Positions 37,240-47,279 of a DNA stretch of 47,279 nucleotides are shown piece after piece. How positions within the stretch are numbered: the stretch's first letter is position 1; each line of letters begins with the position of its first letter. The notes under the pieces are model-generated. The model ran no database searches, was not told the origin of the DNA, and saw only the letters and a program-made list of their open reading frames with translations. The position numbers and the translations under genes were made by a program. The DNA is from Macrostomum lignano (lineage: Eukaryota), in NCBI GenBank assembly GCA_002269645.1, contig NIVC01004396.1, positions 1-47,279 on the forward strand, in the 5' to 3' direction.

Positions 37240-38405
37240 TTATGTATTTAAGCAGTATTTGCTTACAGTAAATTTAACTACCATCTGTGCACCCAAAGTT
37301 TGCCCACAATTCATTAGTTGTACTTATTTAGCTGGGCTCAATCTGTTTATTTCTGTCCTCTGGGTTTAGTCCCGCTCTCTCAGTGTCTCTGCCTCAAATC
37401 AATACAGTCCCGTGGCAAGCAAGCGCGGAGCTGACAAGCTGAGCACAGCTGAGCTGAGGTCTCGCCTAAAGCAGCTGAGTCGTGATTGGGTAGTGCGAGG
37501 CGCGCACATTACAGGCTCATTACAGAAAGTGCCATTAGCGATCTCGGGCTTCCTTGCGGCTGATGGGATTGGGATTTTAACAGCTCCAAAAGCAGCAACA
37601 ATCAACCATTTTCCAGACTCAGAGCCGGCCTGCTAGCTCTCTGGAAACAAGAAGCTCTTTTCTCTCCTGCATTCTTTCTTTTAAAGACAACGCCAGGAAA
37701 CTGCTGCAGCAGCAGCAGTAGCAATAGAAGCAGCAGTGCGAAAGGTTTCCAGCCAGAAGCAGAGAGTCAGGCAAGCGGAGAGCAGTTGGATACAGAATTT
37801 AGCCAGCTTCCTGACTGCATGTTTCAGTCTGTATAGTGAAACTGCCGGCTTGAGTGGTCATGCATGACACTGGGATGAGGACTCGACCCCCCTGTAGAAC
37901 TACTTTATCCTCAGTCGGCACGTGTAACGAGCTCTGTCGTCGGGAAGAGTTCCTCAAAAACTGGTCTTACTATCACTCCCCGCTTCCCGGCTACCCTGCA
38001 TCGACTATGCAGGTCCAACCTTCCTTCTCTCTTTCTCCTCTTTCAATAGCTCCTCACCCTTCCGTCCGTCTTCTGCTGTGCGCCCAGTCCCTTCCAAACT
38101 GCCGCACGCTCTTCATCGGGAAAATTCTATTTTTCACCGCGTTTCCCGAACGGCGTCTGGTTTGCCTGGCTGGGGAGGGGGGCGGCGGTGGGGAGAGGAC
38201 TGCCGGGGCAAGGTACTTGCAAAAGGCCGAGGTCCGGATCGCGTATTTTGAGCAAGGCGGTCTAGCGACAAATACCAGAAACTTTTCTGTCTGAGCAGAG
38301 GAAATTGGAAAGCAATCAGCGCTACTGAGCACCTTTGAAATTCAGCAGTGGGAGCAGAAGCAGCAGCAGTAGAAGCAGAAGAAGAAGCAGGAGCAGAAGA
38401 CCCAA

Positions 38406-39656
38406 ATGCTTCGAATACCCCGGATAAACCGAGTGGTGCCGCGGCCGGTTGTCCGCTTCGTCTGCCTGCTGGCCGCCGCCGCCGCCGTCCGCCTGCTGCT
38501 GGTCGATCGGCTGCCCTGGGCGAAGCTGTTGCCACTGCCGCCAGAGTCGGGCCAAACGCAGCAGCAGCTGTTGAATCTGTCGACGAAGTCATCCCTGCCG
38601 CAGTCAACGCAGCAGCGTCAGCAGCTTGAGCCGCTGCCCCGCCTGATCCACGTGACGGCGCACAACGAGATGCTCCGCGTCGAGTACCGGCCGGTGCTGC
38701 GCCAGTGGATGCTCGCCCAGCCCGAGCTGCAGCTCCGGCTCTGGCGCGACGTCGACGCTGACTGCCTCCTTCGGCTGAGCTACCCGGATCTGCTCAGCGG
38801 CTACCGGACCAGCCTGCAGACTCCGCTGGAGCGCTCCGACCTGATTCGCATCTTGGCCCTGCACAGCATGGGCGGCATGTACCTGGACCTGGACACCGAG
38901 CCAGTGAGGAACATCAGCCACCTGTTCAGCAGCCCGCTGGCCGGCGCCATGATCGCCCTGGAGCCCGAGGAGCACGCCGTGCTGCTGTACAACCGGCCCA
39001 GCCTGCTGTCAAACGCGGTGATGCTGTCAGCGCCGAGGCATCCGTTTTATCTGTTCTATGCGGGACACATATTTGACAATTTGAGCAAGCAGCAGCAGCT
39101 GCAGCAGGGGCGGCGGCGGCTGGTGAGGCGTCTCAGGCGGAGGAACAATTACGCGGCGCCGCAGATCACTGGCCCGCTGGTGCTGCAGTCTGCCTACGAG
39201 GCCTACGCGGCCAGGGAGCACTGCAAGGCCGACGAGGATCCGCAGCGCTGCCAGGTGTACCTGTTCGAGCCGGAGGTGTTCAGCCCGCGCTTCGACCTCA
39301 GCCAGCGGTCCAACTTCCGGAAGACCTGTATGCGCTGGCGTCGGCGCCTTCAACAGCAGCGGCGACGGCGCCAGCAGGTGACCAGCAGCGCCATGGACGA
39401 GCGCAAAACCGCCGTGTGCAAACGGCTGGCCGCTCGCGGCTTCACGGTCGGCTCCAACTCGAATGCCACTCTGGCCGTGCACCTGTTCCGCCACCTGACA
39501 ACCTCAGGCGGTGGTGGCAAGCAGTCTCGGGGTCGGCTGAAGAAGCCGAAGCCGCCGGCTCGCCAGCAGGAGACGGTGTTCAACGCCACCGTCGAGTTTC
39601 CCCGGATGCTGATGCTCGCCCGCGAGCTGGGGTCCAAGTGCCGCGGGCCGGCGTAG
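38406..39656 (+). CDS. Glycosyltransferase family 32 (DXD sugar-binding; SUR1/CSH1/OCH1-like), type II membrane protein, 416 aa, intronless
   Basis: N-terminal signal anchor VVRFVCLLAAAAAVRLLLV, then LPRLIHVT, LRLWRD, ERSDLIRILALHSMGGMYLDLD (DXD), LSNAVMLSAPRHPFY and TGP motifs. One uninterrupted GC-rich ORF. Confidence 0.88.
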   Translation: MLRIPRINRVVPRPVVRFVCLLAAAAAVRLLLVDRLPWAKLLPLPPESGQTQQQLLNLSTKSSLPQSTQQRQQLEPLPRLIHVTAHNEMLRVEYRPVLRQWMLAQPELQLRLWRDVDADCLLRLSYPDLLSGYRTSLQTPLERSDLIRILALHSMGGMYLDLDTEPVRNISHLFSSPLAGAMIALEPEEHAVLLYNRPSLLSNAVMLSAPRHPFYLFYAGHIFDNLSKQQQLQQGRRRLVRRLRRRNNYAAPQITGPLVLQSAYEAYAAREHCKADEDPQRCQVYLFEPEVFSPRFDLSQRSNFRKTCMRWRRRLQQQRRRRQQVTSSAMDERKTAVCKRLAARGFTVGSNSNATLAVHLFRHLTTSGGGGKQSRGRLKKPKPPARQQETVFNATVEFPRMLMLARELGSKCRGPA

Positions 39657-39804
39657 CGGTGACTGGAAAGGATTTTCGAATCCCCTCGGGCCAGTGTGGC
39701 CCGGTTCGTATTGTAAGCGGCCGCAACACGCGACAGTCCCTGCGATTAAATCTAGATAGAAACTCCTCACAGATAATCTGCATATGCTTTCCATCCCTAC
39801 CTCT

Positions 39805-40290
39805 TTCTAGCTCTAATCTATCTCTAATCTATCTCTTATCTATCTCTAATCTATCTCTAATCTATCTCTAATCTATCTCTTATCTATCTCTTATCTATCT
39901 CTCATCTATCTCTCATCTATCTCTCATTCATCTCTCATCTATCTCTCATTCATCTCTCATCTATCTCTCATTCATCTCTTATCTATCTCTTATTAATCTC
40001 TCATCTGTCTCATCCATTTCTAATTTATCTCTAATCTATGTTTTCTATCCCTGTCTTTTTTCTAGCTCTCATCCTCATCTTTTATCTCATCTCTTATCAC
40101 CATCATCCATCTCTCTATCTATCTCTCATCTATCTCTGATCCATCTCTGTCACCTGTCTCTCATCTATCTCTCATCTATCTCTCATTCATCTCTCATCTA
40201 TCTCTAACCTATCTCTAATATCTCTCTTTTCTATCTCTCCTCTATCTCAGTTACCTTATCCATCTCTTATCTACAGTGTATCTCTCATCC
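39805..40290. repeat. Degenerate pyrimidine-rich ATCT/CTCT array (~11-bp ATCTATCTCTC units)
   Basis: Read directly. Confidence 0.85.
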
Positions 40291-40709
40291 ATCTTTCCTC
40301 CATCTCGCCAATGCAGTCGAATTGTTGCACCTTGGCATTATCAAGTCTCGCAAATAAATAATTCTGCCCCAGACACCCGGAGTCTCAAAGTTTCCACTCT
40401 AACCTGCTTGCCAATGTCTCAGCCTGATCAATACCGTCCACTTCATAATCTACAAATCTGAACTTCGGTTTCTGTTTGCTGCTCTTTTGGCAGTATTTAA
40501 TTGTGATGACCTCGGCATACAGTAGTACGCTCGTAATAAGCAGGACAACTGCGCTGTGCATTCAAATCAAATACAATGTGTGCTGATAGACTGTATTTCA
40601 CTTTTATCGTCATCGTCTTTATTCGGCATTCCAAATTTGGAAGGTGATCTAAGCCTGCCTGTATAGATAATGACGGGCTGATGGCAAGGTTATATATAGC
40701 ATGCTTCAG

Positions 40710-41042
40710 TGGGCTTGGCCCGGGAAACTTCAGGGCATGTATAAGGGATCAAATAATTAATGGGGCTGCAGCAGTCCCGCCTTCCTGCTGCTCGCATGCG
40801 AAGCCGCCCATGGAAAAGAAATTGCCTAGAAAGACTTGTGATTTACTGACTCTGTGCTCTGCTGCTGATCTGCGATGGCTGTGTCTCAGCTTAGCGATTC
40901 GAGCAGTTTCTGAGTATGAGAAGATTCATTTAATACCTGACACACTTGCTGCATCTTTAACTTTTCTGCACCAGTTTTTTAGGAATTTGAAACCTTTTTC
41001 AGAATTTACAAGTTCAGAAAATACAAATACTAGCTTGTAATA
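40710..41042. mobile_element. Possible 333-bp insertion flanked by a 14-bp direct repeat
   Basis: ATAGCATGCTTCAG at 40696-40709 and 41043-41056; the insert ends in TAATA. No family recognised. Confidence 0.35.
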
Positions 41043-41068
41043 ATAGCATGCTTCAGAACAGACTTTAG

Positions 41069-42452
<1,384 letters not shown>

Positions 42453-43253
42453 GAGTCTTGGTGTTGTTTAATTTTTGAAAAACACTTTGTAGGCTAACAA
42501 ACTCGTAAATTAACGTAAATATACCCTACGTAAAGTAAAGTAACGTTAAGTAACGTTTATTTACCTAAAATCACGTTAATCAACCTTCAGGCTATTAGTT
42601 AATTAACCGCCCCAATACTAACCCTCGTTTTCAACGGGTTAAAATTAGTCACCAGCTGCTACTCATAGAATGGAGAAGTCAGGTTTCTATTTCTCCGCAT
42701 GATAGACTTAACAAATTAAGGAAATTGGGAAAATTAGGAAATTTAGGTGAGTCTATATGCACAGTCAATACTCGGATACGCCATAGCCACTCATGACTAT
42801 TCATTAGAAGAAATGGAGTTTGCTCTGCTCCGAGCGGTGTGAAGCTCCAGTTTCTAATATGATTTTAATGAATAGCTGATAGAGTAAACAGATCGTAACT
42901 GCGTGAGGTGGCTTTCATTCCCAGCAATAATTGTACCACCTGATTGTACTCCCTTTATTCTTAGTTCGGCTACTTACAGTAGACGGCAATGCTTCTGACG
43001 TGTTTTATTTAATTTCCCCCCTTTTATTCGAGCAGTTTCTTTCGTTAAAAAAATTAACGCCACTATAAGTGGGTTGTGGAGCATTTTGAATGATAATCAG
43101 TTGACTGCAGACTGTAGAATTTGTTTTACTGGGAAAAATACAGACAGCAGGAGCTCATTGTCAACATGCGGAGCTGACTCTTCACTTCTCGCAAATCTAT
43201 TTCGCGGAATTTAGGAAATTTAAAACAGTGAAATTAGCATCAGAAAGTTTAAA

Positions 43254-43911
43254 GACTACTCAAGTAGAAGGGCGGGGAACTATACGTTGAAGATAGGAAG
43301 TTTTCATATTTTCAGCACAAAAATTGTTATTGCTTTCGATAGGAGGCAGACCCAATGTTCATCCCTTGATACGCTGTGCCTGTCTTATAGCTTTATTGGT
43401 ATTCATAAAGCTGTTGCTTCAGAAAATTTGGACTCTGTGTTGATTTTCGATTCTACGCACATTGTCTGTACCTAAAAATCATTAAAATGCATGGCACAGC
43501 TCCAATCTTTGGTGTTATGAATCTATTTCATCATCTCTGTTACACATATTGGTGCACAATCAGCTGAGAATGACAAAATAGATTCTTAAAACCAAGGAGC
43601 CGAGCCGTGCCATTTTAATTAAGGGCTTTTAGGCACATGACATGTTTAATTGTACATGCATGTAGGAATAGGATAAAAATTAACACAAAATCCCAATTTT
43701 CCAAACAAAAAGCTCGATGAATATCGAGCTATAAGAAAGGCACAGCATATCAAAAGATGAACAATGGGTCTGCCTCCCATCGAAAGAAATAACATTTGGG
43801 CTGAAAAAATGAAAACTTCTTATCTCCGCAGTTCCGGTAAAACCTGCCTTCTAAAATTTTCCTAGAAACGTTGGTTTCCCGTTCTTCCACTTGAGTAGTT
43901 CTTGAGTAGTC
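43254..43911. mobile_element. Foldback-type MITE with ~180-bp imperfect terminal inverted repeats
   Basis: GACTACTCAAGTAGAAG pairs with CTTCCACTTGAGTAGT. GCTTTCGATAGGAGGCAGACCCAATGTTCATCCCTTGATACGCTGTGCCTGTCTTATAGCT pairs with AGCTATAAGAAAGGCACAGCATATCAAAAGATGAACAATGGGTCTGCCTCCCATCGAAAG. The right terminus CTTGAGTAGT is duplicated, so the exact end is ambiguous. Confidence 0.8.
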
Positions 43912-44331
43912 ACATGAGAAAGTTATGCGACAAAATTGTAAAGTAACGTTGCTGGTTGGAAAGCTGAAAGTTCTACTGTAAATTCTACATTGAATTACAA
44001 AAAAGTTGAGACAAATAAAAATCAGTTCGTTCTACTTGTAAGTAGTGCGAGACGACAGTGGAAAAAGAGGTTTTAAGATTTAAAAAATCACACTCCTAAC
44101 TAACTTTGTAGTTTTAACTTGGCCAATTATATTTACCTAACCCCAGATAGCTTAATCTATGTACTTTTATATTACAATGTAAAAGGGCAGCCGAATGTTA
44201 ATACGAAAATCCCCGTTTATATTAGTGTTAATAATGTAGTTTTAATTATTAACATTGAATTAATTATTTTGTCAGTCGGAATCGATCGCTTAACCTCTCT
44301 GCTCAGTCGAGTCCTGCTTGACGACAAGCTC

Positions 44332-47030
44332 TCAATCGCAAGGGCAGGTTTTGGCCTCCTCAGCTGCTGGGGCAGCAGCGGAATCTTCAGCAGGCTGCTG
44401 GCACCAGCCGCCAGACTTCTGACTGCCACCGGACTGGCAGGCCTGCGGGGGGGAAGATTGTGTAAATGCTGTGAAATTTTTGACGAAACTCTCATAAAAC
44501 TCTGATTCTGTACTCTGATAACAGCTTTAATATGTAACCCCTCAGCTACTGAGCCAACCCCTCAGCTACTGAGCCAACCCCCTCAGCTACTGAGCCAACT
44601 CCCTCAACTACTGAGCCAACTCCCTCAACTACTGGGCCAATCCCCTCAGCTACTGAGCCAATCCCCTCAACTACTGAGCCAACCCCCTCAGCTACTGAGC
44701 CAACCCCCTCAGCTATTGAGCCAACTCCCTCAACTACTGGGCCAATCCCCTCAGCTACTGAGCCAATCCCCTCAACTACTGAGCCAACCCCCTCAGCTAC
44801 TGAGCCAACCCCCTCAGCTATTGAGCCAGCCCCCTCAGACACTGAGCCAACTCCCTCAACTACTGAGCCAACTCCCTCAACTACTGGGCCAATCCCCTCA
44901 GCTACTGAGCCAATCCCTCAACTACTGAGCCAACCCCCTCAGCTACTGAGCCAACCCCCTCAGCTACTGAGCCAACTCCCTCAGCTATTGAGCCAGCCCC
45001 CTCAGCTACTGAGCCAACTCCCTCAACTACTGGGCCAACTCCCTCAACTACTGGGCCAACTCCCTCAACTACTGAGCCAACTCCCTCAACTACTGGGCCA
45101 ATCCCCTCAGCTACTGAGCCAATCCCCTCAACTACTGAGCCAACCCCCTCAGCTACTGAGCCAACCCCCTCAGCTACTGAGCCAGCCCCCTCAGACACTG
45201 AGCCAACTCCCTCAACTACTGAGCCAGCCCCCTCAACTACTGAGCCAACTCCCTCAGACACTGAGCCAACTCCCTCAACTACTGAGCCAACTCCCTCAGC
45301 TACTGGGCCAACTCCCTCAGCTACTGAGCCAACTCCCTCAGCTACTGAGGCCAACCCCCTCAGCTACTGAGCCAGCCCCCTCAACTACTGAGGCCAACCC
45401 CCCTCAGCTACTGAGCCAACCCCCTCAGCTATTGAGCCAGCCCCCTCAGCTATTGAGCCAGCCCCCTCAGCTATTGAGCCAGCCCCTCAGCTATTGAGCC
45501 AGCCCCCTCAGTCATTCAGCCCAAGTGGAGAATCCGATTCCAACCAACCCTGCGCTGGCTCGCGGAGTCGCGCCGGTCGCAGTCGGACTTCTTTGCGTTG
45601 GTCGGAGAGCAGGGGGCGGCCTGCTCGGAGGCCTTCTGGTCGGCGTTGGACTGACAGTTTGCTGGGCGGTGGCGGCGCACGGCGATTTGCGGCAGCTTTC
45701 AGCCGCTGGTGGCATCTCTGCCTCTGGCTGGGCACGTCGTGCGCACGTGTTGTTCAGGTGGTTGCCAGGCAGACGGTTCGGCAGGTCCCAGGTGCCTTTA
45801 AAGTCGCCCCAGGGCGAGCCCTCCGAGCGTCCGACGCGCGGCAGCAAGTGGCCGAGTTCGTTTGCGATGATCTTAGTGCTGCCGGCCCGGGTGGACGGGT
45901 ACTGCAGCGGCGGGAATTGGAAGAGCGTTGAATTCTGCGATGCTATATTTTGTCCAGGAGTTTCAAAAATGATTAACTTGACATTTGAAAAACTGTAAAT
46001 CACTTTTTATCGTTATAGTTTATTTACTCGTGTTTATAGCCGTATAAATAAAACATACAGTTGTCAACTATATCAGAAGCAAGATACATCGAAACTAAAT
46101 TGAAACACAAAAGAAATAGGAAAAAGCAAGCTTAAAGACTTCTAAAATATGCATGCAAGGTACAATGTGAATGAATATTTCCAAATATACAATATTTTTT
46201 AAATTCAAAATACTGCAGGCACCATCACCTCTTTCAGCTGCTTGGGCACAGTGTACTGTTGCAGCCGGCGAGCCCGGAATGCATCGTCGTACTGAAAGTA
46301 AAGACAAAAAATTGAATTAAAACAAAGCATTGCTGATTAATTCTTTGGCTAGACAACTTTGTAAACTATATGTAAACTATGTAAACTATGTATATGTAAA
46401 CTATATGTAAACTATAAACTATATTATAAACTGACTAAAATAGGTATGACTCAGAAAAATTCTTAAGTTCTATTTTTTATTTAATTTTTTTTACACTATA
46501 ACCCAAATCCACTCTTACTATATACAATTTCTTACCAAATCATAAATTATAAAAAAAATATTAAATTGTATTAAAAATCTATAATTTAATTTCATCAATG
46601 TGGTCTTCTGATTTTATAAATATATCGAAGGTAGTATCCAAAGATGTTAAAAGATTTGGCAATGAGTATAATCCTACTAAAAATGGGATCGAAAAAGTTT
46701 CTGAATTCAATTTGCAATCAGCAGATTCTTCCTTTGAGGGGACTCTGTCTTCTCTACTTCTTAATTTCTGAAAGTTGCTTATAAGTACGAATAAGCGATA
46801 AGTTATAAAAATTCAGTACGTTCGTGCAATTGCAGTCTCCTCAGTTTTCATATTTCAGTTTTCCTAGTCTCTGTAGTTCAAAACATTATTTTCAAATATC
46901 TGAGAACTTTTTGTGGCTAGGGTAACCAAGTGATTTTGAATTAAAGATACTATATTTCTAAAAAGACTGATGACGAAGGGCCTTTTAAGAACTAATTAAC
47001 TTACTTGATTACAGCAAATCCCGACGACAT
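44332..47030 (-). CDS. CFAP126: CFAP126/Flattop ciliary basal-body protein; coding exons (minus) 47030-47005, 46291-46229, 45901-45549, 44442-44332; two apparent 1-nt deletions as assembled
   Basis: YDDAFRARRLQQYTVPKQLKE|YPSTRAGSTKIIANELGHLLPRVGRSEGSPWGDFKGTWDLPNRLPG matches recalled human YEKAFSSKYLQNWSPTKPTKE...GYTQIIANDRGHLLPSVPRSKANPWGSFMGTWQMPLKIP. Exon 1 ends AATCAA|GTAAGT (N-Q), like human SANQ. The last exon and the C-terminal frame are inferred from splice signals and codon bias. Confidence 0.85.
44537..45510. repeat. 21-bp minisatellite (CTCAGCTACTGAGCCAACCCC), ~46 copies, in the last CFAP126 intron
   Basis: Read directly; some 20- and 22-bp units. Confidence 0.95.
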
Positions 47031-47140
47031 TTTAAAATATTGCTGAGACAGTTTTGGCTATAACTGAAAATATACGACAAGCAATTAGCGAGAGTTTATT
47101 AAAAAGAGACTTACTTAAGCGTTTGAATTTCTTCACACGC

Positions 47141-47154
47141 ATTTCCATGACAAC
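47141..47154 (-). promoter_or_regulatory. X-box (RFX)-like motif GTTGTCATGGAAAT upstream of CFAP126; 5'UTR intron 47043-47114
   Basis: 13/14 match to the GTTNCCATGGNAAC-type X-box consensus, ~110 bp upstream of the ATG. Adjacent donor AA|GTAAGT (47114) and acceptor CTCAG| (47043) define a 72-nt UTR intron. Confidence 0.6.
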
Positions 47155-47279
47155 AGTAGCATTGGTCAGACCAATCTTAAGAAGCTGCAAGATTGGCTAC
47201 AGCGATATTTCAAGAGCGCCTTTTCAGCGTCCAATGCAGAAAAGCGCACGTGCAAATTAAAACCCTTCTGCTTTTCTTC

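Noticed and set aside
29130-37877. Shared 13-mer TGACACTGGGATG at 29130 and 37865
   Set aside because: Similarity decays immediately; too short to call a repeat family.
44537-45510. Mucin-like (TEPTPSA)n coding exon on the plus strand
   Set aside because: No start or splice context, several 20/22-bp units break the frame, and it sits antisense inside a CFAP126 intron.
44119-45998. Plus-strand ORFs 44119-44505 and 45525-45998 with hydrophobic stretches
   Set aside because: Antisense shadows of GC-rich CFAP126 exons.
47120-47137. GTGAAGAAATTCAA (minus strand) matching 28S rRNA just upstream of H69
   Set aside because: An isolated 14-mer within the CFAP126 5'UTR exon; compatible with chance.

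Overview
Eukaryotic (animal) genomic DNA, not prokaryotic. Five protein-coding genes could be reconstructed with GT-AG splice sites: CDC50/TMEM30 flippase beta-subunit (+, 3 exons), UBAC2 (+, 2 exons), an RGK-family small GTPase (+, 5 coding exons), an intronless GT32 DXD glycosyltransferase (+), and CFAP126/Flattop (-, 4 coding exons). The CFAP126 gene is largely hidden from the ORF track and carries two apparent 1-nt deletions plus an X-box-like promoter motif. About 25 unrelated mini/microsatellite arrays fill almost every large intron and intergenic gap and explain most long ORFs in the track. Small mobile elements: a TIR element with a 9-bp TSD carrying a decayed 28S rRNA fragment altered at the R2/I-PpoI site, a complete tRNA-derived SINE with an 11-bp TSD, a hAT-type MITE hosting a GA-rich array, and a ~650-bp foldback element. 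GC-rich exons, 70-85 bp minimal introns and minisatellite-filled introns suggest an invertebrate such as a macrostomid flatworm (inference only). All homology calls are from recalled motifs; no database search was run. Array boundaries and copy numbers are approximate.
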